From a virus, in IMG/VR virus record IMGVR_UViG_3300029791_000002, positions 1 to 64,000 of that record: DNA of 64,000 nt; one strand, written 5' to 3'. How positions within the stretch are numbered: position 1 is the stretch's first letter; each line of letters starts with the position of its first letter. Shown here one piece after another: positions 47,667 through 56,078 of this stretch. The notes below the pieces were generated by a model. The model searched no databases and was not told the DNA's origin. It saw only the letters and a list, made by a program, of their open reading frames with translations. The position numbers and the translations under genes are program-made.

Positions 47667-48203
47667 CTGCTGGTTGCTTTCGTGCGCCAAATATTCACTC
47701 ACACACTTTGCAATGGTACGGATTGAATAAGATTTGATCTTAACAGCCACATAAGTAGCTTTATACTCGTCGTTTTCTTTTATCAACCATTTAGTGCTTT
47801 TTTTGGTCTCCAATGATTCGGCAGTAGTAAAACCAAATGATTTATATTCGCTACCGTAAACCACATTCTCAGCGCACCAATCAGCCGTTTTAGCCTCAAC
47901 GCCTTTCTCTTTGTCTGCATTGGTATCCTTATACACTTTAGAGTATAAAGCAAATTTAACAAATGTATCGTCAACTTTCGGTAACATTTGGCTACACACA
48001 GCTACCAGGCGTTTTTTATCCTTGGCGAGGGCTGCTACCTTTACAGCGTATTCTGCCGGTATTTCCAAAGCCTTGCAAATGGATTTCAAATCAGATCCAT
48101 TTGAAAATAGAGCGTTGTACAGTTTAACAGCACCTACCAAATTTGCGGCATTCTCTTTAATAACAGCGTTTTGCAGCTTGTTTACATTTTTTTTCGTAAT
48201 CAT
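47664..48203 (-). CDS. hypothetical protein (179 aa)
   Basis: ORF. Confidence 0.6.
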   Translation of the reverse strand: MITKKNVNKLQNAVIKENAANLVGAVKLYNALFSNGSDLKSICKALEIPAEYAVKVAALAKDKKRLVAVCSQMLPKVDDTFVKFALYSKVYKDTNADKEKGVEAKTADWCAENVVYGSEYKSFGFTTAESLETKKSTKWLIKENDEYKATYVAVKIKSYSIRTIAKCVSEYLAHESNQQ

Positions 48204-48531
48204 ATCCCAATATATTTTAATTGTTAAATCAAATTAATGACCCACAACGCGGGCAATTACAGATACATATATAGTTAGCCCAACGGGTACACTATATAGG
48301 TTCATCATGTTAACTTGCGATCTCTCTCGATCACGACGCAAATATACGAAATTTGTTGTTGCTACAAATATATATGCTATCTTTTTTTTGTTAACTTGTA
48401 TTAATTTCGATTCTATCGTCTGATTATCAGCAATTTATAAAACGAACGAGAGCGGTATTACACGCGTACATTAATATGTAGGATATATGCTTATTTAAGT
48501 GGCTTATAATCAATAATTTATAATAATACAT

Positions 48532-48568
48532 TGATTATCAATAATTTAAATAAGTTATTGATAATCAG
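48532..48568. promoter_or_regulatory. perfect 13-bp inverted repeat TGATTATCAATAA-11 nt-TTATTGATAATCA, with a nearby direct copy of ATCAATAATTTA
   Basis: Exact dyad read directly in an AT-rich intergenic region. Confidence 0.5.
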
Positions 48569-48670
48569 CGAGTTTGTAGGTTTGAGATAAAAACGCGTTT
48601 CCGATTTTCCAGCGAAGGGGGTGTGGGGGAGAAAACGCGTTTCGGGGGCGGGAGGTTCGTGATAGGTACC

Positions 48671-48857
48671 CCCTCTCTCCCATCACATAAACATCTTTCA
48701 TATCCCTCATTACATAAACATCTTTTACCCTCTCTCCCATCACATAAACATCTTTCATATCCCTCATTACATAAACATCTTTTACCCTCTCTCCCATCAC
48801 ATAAACATCTTTCATATCCCTCATTACATAAACATCTTTTACCCTCTCTCCCATCAC
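48671..48857. repeat. 3.3 tandem copies of a 57-bp unit (each containing two ACATAAACATCTTT cores), preceded by G-rich tracts (48611-48660)
   Basis: Copies at 48671-48727, 48728-48784 and 48785-48841 are identical, followed by 16 nt of a partial copy. Confidence 0.9.
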
Positions 48858-48930
48858 CCACCCACCTCACACACAACAAGAAAATAGGATTGATAGAAAC
48901 CAATCCTATTTAAAACACGACCTTATTAAT

Positions 48931-49890
48931 TTATTTAATTGAAGTAAGTTTATGGTTTTCAAGGAAGTCCTTAAACTGGTCACTTGATACATCTATAACA
49001 AATCCAGCAGCACCAGCATGTCCTCCACCACCGAATCTCTTACTTACCTCACAGCAATCTACGCTGTCTTCCACGCATTCATAAAGAGAGAACCTAACCT
49101 TACCACCTGGCATGATACAAAATGGCATAAGGGCTTTAATTTTTCTACCGTCTAACCAGTCTCGTGTAAGAGAATCAAATACTTTAGAACTAAATTCTGT
49201 AGTATTCATCGCCACGACCTTAACCTCGTCGACGTAAGCTTCGAACGAGTACCTACTTACCTCATCTTCGTTTTTACCAGCCATGTAGTTAATTATAGCA
49301 CGTCCTTCTTTAGCAAGATCATAAAAAATAAGATCAATTTCATTGTCTTTCATATTTTCTTTAAAGTGATCATATAAATACGACAATGCAATCAATACAT
49401 TGAGTCTTATTTTTGATCTCAAGGCATACTGGACAGCTACTACCGTATCCCAGCCTAAACCGGATTCTTTATTCCACACATCGTAGTCTGACAAGCACCG
49501 GACGATCGCAGGCACCTTCCCCATCAGCAGGTCGGCGGCAAGTGCGCACGCACCGACACCGACTCTCCTCAACCCTGGAACAGTGAACCCCCATGTCTTA
49601 CTATCTTCGATAATTCCCTTATGATGATCTATCCACATCAGGCCCTTTCCTTCATCAAGCCACTTTTTGAAAACCGTTTTAGAATCGGCTCCGAAAGACA
49701 CGTCAAGAACATAAACAACATCTAAATCACGCACCTTGCTGGTAACTTTCTTAACATCATCTTCATACGAATACGGGATATAAACAACATCCCTGTCTTT
49801 ACTGTTTTCGTACATGGTTGCGATAGCTGCCGATACAACGCCATCCAAATCCGATTTATGATAAACTATTGCTGTATTCTTTACTTTCAT
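48931..49890 (-). CDS. DHH/DHHA1 phosphoesterase (NrnA-like nanoRNase / pAp phosphatase family)
   Basis: HKSDLDGVVSAA (motif I), LMWIDHHKG (DHH), C-terminal GGGHAGAAGF (DHHA1 GGGH). Confidence 0.8.
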   Translation of the reverse strand: MKVKNTAIVYHKSDLDGVVSAAIATMYENSKDRDVVYIPYSYEDDVKKVTSKVRDLDVVYVLDVSFGADSKTVFKKWLDEGKGLMWIDHHKGIIEDSKTWGFTVPGLRRVGVGACALAADLLMGKVPAIVRCLSDYDVWNKESGLGWDTVVAVQYALRSKIRLNVLIALSYLYDHFKENMKDNEIDLIFYDLAKEGRAIINYMAGKNEDEVSRYSFEAYVDEVKVVAMNTTEFSSKVFDSLTRDWLDGRKIKALMPFCIMPGGKVRFSLYECVEDSVDCCEVSKRFGGGGHAGAAGFVIDVSSDQFKDFLENHKLTSIK

Positions 49891-49899
49891 AATATGAGA

Positions 49900-50478
49900 T
49901 TATAAATTTAAATCAAGATCCTTACCAACAAACCGAGTAACATCCATATAGTCAATACCAGCATTCTCAGCACATACCTTATCCGAATCAGAGAACTGCC
50001 CTGGTAGGCCACTGGCGTCCCCGACCATCAACGAACATTCCTTAAGTTGACTAAAGTTCATACCGTGCATTACAGTGTCTTTACATTCCATAAGGACATC
50101 ATCAATCATGCCAGTGTTAGGCTTCCTCATCGGATCTTGTTTATCATTGGAATAACATAGTCGCTTTTCATATATCACGCCTCTTATGCCACGTTTTACC
50201 GCCAAATCATGTACGGACCTCAGTACGTATTCTATCTTAGCTTCAATATCAGCTCCAGAAACAAACCCAGCTTCTACTCCTCCTTGATTGCTTACGATAG
50301 CAAATACCTTAACACCGTTCTCCTGCATGAGGTCAAGAGCCTTATTCACCACATCCATCTTAATCCTCATATCTGTCAAGTCTGTAGCGAACGTATTCCC
50401 AGAAGCGGTTTCTATAAGCGTCCCGTCAAAATCAAATAGCAGTATTCTTTTATTTTTAATATCTATATCGTTCATCAT
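49900..50478 (-). CDS. HAD-superfamily phosphatase (polynucleotide 3'-phosphatase-like)
   Basis: LLFDFDGTLIET (DxDGT), FAIVSNQGGV (motif II), DASGLPG (motif IV). Confidence 0.65.
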   Translation of the reverse strand: MMNDIDIKNKRILLFDFDGTLIETASGNTFATDLTDMRIKMDVVNKALDLMQENGVKVFAIVSNQGGVEAGFVSGADIEAKIEYVLRSVHDLAVKRGIRGVIYEKRLCYSNDKQDPMRKPNTGMIDDVLMECKDTVMHGMNFSQLKECSLMVGDASGLPGQFSDSDKVCAENAGIDYMDVTRFVGKDLDLNL

Positions 50479-50885
50479 TTTTCACTCCTACTCTTTTTTA
50501 TTACCCTAAGCTGAAGACGGAATAGATTACTGTCTTCTTTTATAATATCATACACAGCATAAGAATTTTCTCCTATATCCCATCCAAGATAATCGAGCAG
50601 GTCTTTTAAGTAAACCCTCTTGTATTTTACACCAAGGTTATTTACCTTAAACGATCTCTCGTCTTCAACATCAGAAGCAGCCAGATAAAAGACCGTATTT
50701 TCAACTCCTTCAAATGCCTTCCCTTCTTCTAAGCCGATAACAACCGCATCCGTTACCCCCATCCAATTCAAATTATAGACAGAGATAGTCATTATCTTAC
50801 TTTTGCTGATTGACAACTTCCGGATCTTGCTTTCTTTAGTTTTAGATCCTAAAAAATCCTTACTGTTAAAAAAATCTACTTTCAT
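50475..50885 (-). CDS. hypothetical protein (136 aa)
   Basis: ORF. Confidence 0.5.
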   Translation of the reverse strand: MKVDFFNSKDFLGSKTKESKIRKLSISKSKIMTISVYNLNWMGVTDAVVIGLEEGKAFEGVENTVFYLAASDVEDERSFKVNNLGVKYKRVYLKDLLDYLGWDIGENSYAVYDIIKEDSNLFRLQLRVIKKSRSEK

Positions 50886-50965
50886 GGCTATAATATTTTA
50901 TATTGATGTTGCAAACATACATAATAATATCAACAATACTATTTAAAAACAGTTAAAATATGATA

Positions 50966-52165
50966 TTATAATGCTGGTAATTTTTTAAACTGCTCCGGAC
51001 TTACTTCGGATATGGTTCCACGAAAAGCGAGACGCGAACCGTAGTATGGATACATGCTTGAGGCATCGTAAAACGCATCCACAAACGCCACACCGTCATA
51101 CGAATACGAGTCGTAAGCGGAGCGCGCCAAAACAAGGTTGACGTCCGATGATTGATCATAGTGATCTGAATAATGTGTCGTTTCGCTGCCACCTACATTC
51201 GTTGGTACCATATCGAAAAAAGGACCGTTTTCGGCTGCGATGTTCGTTATCCAGCCGTCGGAAGTCGCGGCGTTCACGTTGCGAGTCGAACCGTCAGGAT
51301 CGGTTATTTTCCAAACTCGGTTATTGATTTCCACACCGTCCACCCATTCGAAGATACCGCCGAAAACACCTTCCAAGCCTAAGCCTGAAACGTATTTAGA
51401 GTTTTCGTTTTTGGTATCCACATTACCGATCTCGTTACTGCTGCCAGTTGTTGTAGCCGGATCAGAGATTGCTCCACCGGTTCCTAATACAGCTTGCGTG
51501 TTTCGTGTTTTGTACTTAGCATACAACATCATAGCAATCACGCAATGTTGCTGGAAATCTATCACCTGGTATCCGGTACCACGTGCTTTTGCGTAACTTC
51601 TGAAATCAGATAATGATACGTTCGTCGTAGGAGTAACATCACTCCAGCTATATAATCTATTCAAAGATACATATCCTTTATATGCTCCAACAAGAGATTG
51701 CGGGACATGGATGTAAGTGCCATCGATATTATGATCAGCAAAATGATAAAGAAATCTATTATCATCCACCTTATACCATTTATACCAAAATTCTAAGAAA
51801 ACGACCATCACATCACCTTCTTGTCCGGTAAGAACAGCCCTACTGCCATCAAGATATAAGTTGCTGTCATTATTTCCCAATCTACATACAAAAACCTCTC
51901 TTCCTCCCGCAGCGCTCTTGCAAAGAACTCTATAAAAGCCACTGGTAATCAAACGATATAAAAAATCACTGTCTTCGCTTATTGTTATATTAGCCGGATC
52001 TGATACTGATTTATCAAAAACCATAAAATTATCAGTAGGGAGATCGCCCCCTATTTTGTCAAAAAATCTTCTTCTCATAATTGTCTTATATTTTAGGTCA
52101 AATATAGCTTTTAATTTATAAACATGAATAATATGATTTTCGTGTAATAAATATATCTTTGTCAA
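50966..52165 (-). CDS. hypothetical protein (399 aa)
   Basis: ORF. Confidence 0.6.
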   Translation of the reverse strand: MTKIYLLHENHIIHVYKLKAIFDLKYKTIMRRRFFDKIGGDLPTDNFMVFDKSVSDPANITISEDSDFLYRLITSGFYRVLCKSAAGGREVFVCRLGNNDSNLYLDGSRAVLTGQEGDVMVVFLEFWYKWYKVDDNRFLYHFADHNIDGTYIHVPQSLVGAYKGYVSLNRLYSWSDVTPTTNVSLSDFRSYAKARGTGYQVIDFQQHCVIAMMLYAKYKTRNTQAVLGTGGAISDPATTTGSSNEIGNVDTKNENSKYVSGLGLEGVFGGIFEWVDGVEINNRVWKITDPDGSTRNVNAATSDGWITNIAAENGPFFDMVPTNVGGSETTHYSDHYDQSSDVNLVLARSAYDSYSYDGVAFVDAFYDASSMYPYYGSRLAFRGTISEVSPEQFKKLPAL

Positions 52166-52196
52166 GATATTAATTAACTACAAAATTATTTATGTC

Positions 52197-52853
52197 ATGG
52201 CAGAAATGAAAATAGGTTTTGTAACCTTCAATCCGGGATCAGGTGACGGTGATCAGGCGGTTACCGTATCAGGTGAAAAATACGAAGGTCGTGTACAGCG
52301 TACGTTACAAGTAGAATTTGGTGCCGAATCCGGGGATGTTAAGAAAAGTGCTACCATCAACCAATCTCCGGTAGCTGAGTTCGTAAAAATAGATCCTACT
52401 GCATCTGTAGGGAAAGAAGGTGGTACTGTAACAATCAACGGTACAAGTAACTCAACTAAATTAACGTTCTCCTTAACTCCGGACGGAACTCATCCTCTGA
52501 CGTTGGAAATACCTACCTCCTATCAGGCGGCAGGTAAGGCTACCAACAACGGCGCTGTTATCGCCGACGACCCTGGTGCAACAGGAGCCTTTGCTTTCAG
52601 TATCGTATTCTCCGATATTGCTGCGAACACTAATATAAACGATCTGGTAAATACTCTTAAGGTGACGGCCGCTGGTGGTCAGGCAGCTAATACGGTTATT
52701 ACCCAGACAGCAGGTGATCCGTTCTTGGAGATAGACAAGGAGGTAATTAACTTGGATGCAAACGGTACTCCTCAGACTATCAATGTTAATGCAAACATCA
52801 GGTGGACTATCACGCAAGCTGTTTCTAAGTTGGTAAGGAAAGTAATGAAATAA
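52197..52853 (+). CDS. Ig-like/BACON-like beta-sandwich repeat protein, encoded antisense to the surrounding block
   Basis: Two repeats of the Thr/Asn/Gly-rich beta-strand pattern (TVTINGTSNSTKLTFSLTPDG; TINVNANIRWTITQA); an isolated + gene with its own terminator. Confidence 0.55.
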   Translation: MAEMKIGFVTFNPGSGDGDQAVTVSGEKYEGRVQRTLQVEFGAESGDVKKSATINQSPVAEFVKIDPTASVGKEGGTVTINGTSNSTKLTFSLTPDGTHPLTLEIPTSYQAAGKATNNGAVIADDPGATGAFAFSIVFSDIAANTNINDLVNTLKVTAAGGQAANTVITQTAGDPFLEIDKEVINLDANGTPQTINVNANIRWTITQAVSKLVRKVMK

Positions 52854-52869
52854 CAATTACTTACAGAAA

Positions 52870-52905
52870 AAGAAAAGGGGCGTCTATTTGGCGTCCCTTT
52901 TTTCT
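52870..52905. terminator. bidirectional intrinsic terminator
   Basis: A-tract, then GGGGCGTC-TATTTG-GCGTCCC, then TTTTTTC; serves the + gene and the converging − ORF. Confidence 0.55.
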
Positions 52906-53153
52906 ATGCATTGTATGTAGTATTTATCTTTTTGCCTACTGACAAAAATCTTTTTTAAAATCATCTGTTTTCTGATATGGACTCTTTTCCCGTCATCTAA
53001 TTCCCTCCATATTTCATTAAAGATCAAATTTATTAATTCCATGACCTTCTTATCAGAGACAAGATTCTTCCTACCGGGGCTGACCCATCCATCATCAGTC
53101 ATCTTACCGGCTATCCTATTAGCTATCCTGCTTAATTCACGTGGGGTGCTCAT
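52884..53153 (-). CDS. hypothetical protein (89 aa)
   Basis: ORF. Confidence 0.45.
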   Translation of the reverse strand: MSTPRELSRIANRIAGKMTDDGWVSPGRKNLVSDKKVMELINLIFNEIWRELDDGKRVHIRKQMILKKIFVSRQKDKYYIQCIEKRDAK

Positions 53154-53842
53154 TTTAATTTGTTTTTAAATATTCTACCTTTTTCACACTGAAGTATGCA
53201 GTCTCTCATGGGATGATCTTGTTCGTGATCGTCACACATCGGAAATTCTTTTCCATAGGGGAAAGCAATGTGCGGGCACTGCGCCCTGAACGCATCCCAG
53301 GCCGACTTCCTCACAGCCTCAGCTCCGGCACGCACGCCTTTCTCTCTTTCCTTGGCTGGGTCAGCATACACGTTTGAAATAGCTCTTTTCTTCCAAGTAA
53401 GCATATTGTAGTAAAACTTATCCACCAGTTTCCTACCCACTACATCAAACTTCTGTCTATGAATTAAAGGTGCTACCTTAACGACGTTCTTCCTATTTTT
53501 ACTAACATCGACATAAATCAGCCCGGCATAAGAAGGGACTTCACTTACGTCAATCATATTAGGCGGACAGGCGTAGTAGAAATAGTTTGGAGGATAGCTT
53601 ATGACACCACCTACCTTAATAATGCCGTCTTTAAGAACCTTATGTTTTTTATCCTTTTTGAAGTCGTTAAAGAAATCTTGTTTAGACATCTTGACCTCTA
53701 CTTCATAAGCGTACAATGATCTTGTTATGGCCAGGAAGTCAGATTCCCAATCATATATATGAAGATTGTTAATAACATACATCGGATTACTTAACAGATC
53801 CCTATTAAGGATCTTAAGCATTTGTTGCTCTGGGTAGTTCAT
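53150..53842 (-). CDS. hypothetical protein (230 aa)
   Basis: ORF. Confidence 0.55.
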   Translation of the reverse strand: MNYPEQQMLKILNRDLLSNPMYVINNLHIYDWESDFLAITRSLYAYEVEVKMSKQDFFNDFKKDKKHKVLKDGIIKVGGVISYPPNYFYYACPPNMIDVSEVPSYAGLIYVDVSKNRKNVVKVAPLIHRQKFDVVGRKLVDKFYYNMLTWKKRAISNVYADPAKEREKGVRAGAEAVRKSAWDAFRAQCPHIAFPYGKEFPMCDDHEQDHPMRDCILQCEKGRIFKNKLK

Positions 53843-53859
53843 TGTCTTACTTTTTTTAG

Positions 53860-53931
53860 AGGCTTGTGGCGGAATCGAACCGCCCTACGAGATTTTGCAG
53901 ATCCCTGACTAAACCACTCATCCAACAAGCC
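53860..53931 (-). tRNA. tRNA-Cys (GCA)
   Basis: Cloverleaf folded by hand: acceptor GGCTTGT/ACAAGCC, D-stem GATG, anticodon stem GGGAT/ATCTC with loop CTGCAAA, T-arm GGCGG-TTCGATT-CCGCC; no encoded CCA. Confidence 0.75.
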
Positions 53932-53934
53932 ATG

Positions 53935-54006
53935 TAGCCCATGCCTGAATCGAACAGGCAACTTTTGATTAGGACTCAAAGGTTTTATCCGTTAAACTAA
54001 TGGGCC
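53935..54006 (-). tRNA. tRNA-Arg (CCU)
   Basis: Acceptor GGCCCAT/ATGGGCT (G1:U72), D-stem GTTT/AAAC, anticodon stem TTTGA/TCAAA with loop GTCCTAA, T-arm GCCTG-TTCGATT-CAGGC. Confidence 0.7.
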
Positions 54007-54075
54007 GTTTAATGTTTGCTATGTTCACACACCGCAAACACTGAGATAATTAACATTTCCACAAAAACTTAATCG

Positions 54076-54146
54076 TTATCCAAGGAGGATTCGAACCTCC
54101 GATAACAGAACCAAAATCTGTTGTGTTACCACTACACCATTGGACA
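54076..54146 (-). tRNA. tRNA-Gln (UUG)
   Basis: Acceptor TGTCCAA/TTGGATA, D-stem GTGT/ACAC with loop AGTGGTA, anticodon stem ACAGA/TCTGT with loop TTTTGGT, T-arm GGAGG-TTCGAAT-CCTCC. Confidence 0.7.
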
Positions 54147-54147
54147 G

Positions 54148-54220
54148 TGGTCCCGGAGGGATTTGAACCCACGATCTTGCGGTTATGAGCCGCCTGCTTT
54201 CACCACTAAGCTACAGGACC
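54148..54220 (-). tRNA. tRNA-Met (CAU) (elongator Met, or Ile2 if lysidinylated)
   Basis: Acceptor GGTCCTG/CGGGACC, D-stem GCTT/AAGC with loop AGTGGTGA, anticodon loop CTCATAA, T-loop TTCAAAT. Confidence 0.7.
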
Positions 54221-54368
54221 TTAAAAATATGCAGGAGCCTTCACAGACGCCTGCATATATCAGCTAAAATTTTCAACCAAATAATTTATCCTAAAAACTC
54301 TCTCAACGCAAAGTTAAGTACTAACCCATAATATGGCAAACATTAAAATATAAAAAGGATTAAAATAC

Positions 54369-55109
54369 CTACTTCTTTTTTTTCTTCTTCTTTTTAGTGT
54401 CTTTTACTCGTTCAGCTTCGTTTTCGGGCTCCACAATATCACCGGCTTCTTCCTGAATCACATCCGTCTCAGGAACAACATCGGACTTCTCTGGTTCTGC
54501 CACATCCTTATCTGCCTCCTCATCTTTATCCAATTCCGGCTCAGCGACATCATTTTTGTCTTTACCGATTATACCTATCTGGTAGCCTCTTAATTCTACT
54601 TGCATTAATTTCAGCTTCGATTCTAACTCTTGTATTGTTTTGGACCCAACAGAAACCTCGTTTTCCAAATCTCCGATTCTGATCCTGGCTTCAATCAACG
54701 CATTTGATTTCTTTTTTAATTCATATGATATACTGTTTTTCTTTTCTTCCAAGTTACTGATTTTGTAATTAGCCTCATCAAGATCAGACTTAGCTTTGTC
54801 AAGATCAGCCTTGACCGAATCAAGTTCTTCCGTTTTCTTCTTGACGCTTTTTATCAGCTTTTTCTGATTTTCCTTCAAGGCGTCAATCTTTTCCTTAGAC
54901 TCAGAAAGATCTTTGCCAATAGATAAAATCTCTTTATCCTTTGAAGCGATATCTGACTTAAGTTCGGAAAGCCTTTCCTTGTAAAAATCAGCCTTATCCT
55001 GCATTTCCTCAATTTCTTTTGCAAGATTTTCGGATTTAATAACTTTCTCCCTGTACATTGACAGCTTGCTGTCTGTGATGAATGTAAAACCTAACATGCT
55101 CATTTTCAA
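54369..55109 (-). CDS. coiled-coil protein with poly-Lys C-terminus (246 aa)
   Basis: Heptad-rich sequence ending in KKKKKKKK. Confidence 0.55.
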   Translation of the reverse strand: MKMSMLGFTFITDSKLSMYREKVIKSENLAKEIEEMQDKADFYKERLSELKSDIASKDKEILSIGKDLSESKEKIDALKENQKKLIKSVKKKTEELDSVKADLDKAKSDLDEANYKISNLEEKKNSISYELKKKSNALIEARIRIGDLENEVSVGSKTIQELESKLKLMQVELRGYQIGIIGKDKNDVAEPELDKDEEADKDVAEPEKSDVVPETDVIQEEAGDIVEPENEAERVKDTKKKKKKKK

Positions 55110-55121
55110 AATATTTAAACA

Positions 55122-55793
55122 TTACTTAACTCCAGAACTACCAAGACCTTTTTCTCCACGTTCATTTCCGTCTTCTACCTCAATATCTGTCACCTCTTCC
55201 AATACCATTTTGTATTGTGGAACTATTTCCATCTGAGCTATTCGATCGTTTTTATGGATTACGGTCGGTTTTTTATTGATTTTAGTAAGATTAACCATAT
55301 ACTCTCCTTTGTAGGTAAATTCGCATTTACCGGGTGCGTTAGTAACTACCACTCCCTCGTCAAAAGAGAATCCTGATCTTCCTTCTACATTCGCACACCA
55401 TCCTTCTGGGATATTCAACTTGAAGCCGGTTCCGATTCTAACAGAATAACCTTGATATAAGGTAATTGATTCAAAATCGGAAGGAACATCTATTTCCACT
55501 CCCATGTCATTCACCATCTTCACCACTCTATATGCACGAATATCACAACATGCATCTCCATCATGTTTGTATTCAGGTACCACTACATCAGGATAAAGTT
55601 TCTTAATACCTACCTGCACAGTCTTCTGATAACCTGGAGTCAAATAAGATTCAGGTATTTTATTAACAACCTTATCTTCTTTTTTATGTTTGTTGTTCTT
55701 TTCAGAAACAGTATCCTTCTTGCTATCTTCTTTTTCAGAAAGAAGTCTTTCAATATCTTCCAACTTGTCCATAATTATATTTTTATAGTACAA
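55122..55793 (-). CDS. dut: dUTPase (dUTP pyrophosphatase) with N-terminal extension
   Basis: Motifs GDACCDIRA (I), GRSGFSF (II), TYKGE (III, cf. DYRGE), DRIAQMEI (IV, RIAQL). Confidence 0.75.
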   Translation of the reverse strand: MYYKNIIMDKLEDIERLLSEKEDSKKDTVSEKNNKHKKEDKVVNKIPESYLTPGYQKTVQVGIKKLYPDVVVPEYKHDGDACCDIRAYRVVKMVNDMGVEIDVPSDFESITLYQGYSVRIGTGFKLNIPEGWCANVEGRSGFSFDEGVVVTNAPGKCEFTYKGEYMVNLTKINKKPTVIHKNDRIAQMEIVPQYKMVLEEVTDIEVEDGNERGEKGLGSSGVK

Positions 55794-56032
55794 TAAACAA
55801 TACCTTCTTTTTTTATATCCTTCGTTGATTCATAGCACTCACGAAAAGTACTTATGTCTGCATCATTAGGATCATCGACCCACTCATCTCCTTGCTTATA
55901 TTTTTCTCTGGTTTCTGAGTAGATCATACATAATTTATCCCCATGCTTCGCCATAATCCTTTCTTCTGTCACTTTCCTACGAAGTTTAATAAGGGGAAAT
56001 CTTGTAACTATTTCTACTATCATTCTACACAA
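55775..56032 (-). CDS. hypothetical protein (85 aa)
   Basis: ORF. Confidence 0.45.
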   Translation of the reverse strand: MCRMIVEIVTRFPLIKLRRKVTEERIMAKHGDKLCMIYSETREKYKQGDEWVDDPNDADISTFRECYESTKDIKKEGIVYCTIKI

Positions 56033-56078
56033 TCTTTAAAAGCCCAAGAGATGTTATTCTCCTGGGCTGATGTTTATA

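Noticed and set aside
48555-48913. Three mutually overlapping ORFs over the 57-bp repeats
   Set aside because: Repeat-generated reading frames on both strands; mutually exclusive and without start context.
54369-54420. Poly-A/T homopolymer behind the poly-Lys tail as a programmed slippage site
   Set aside because: The run simply encodes the terminal lysines; no alternative-frame ORF continues beyond it.
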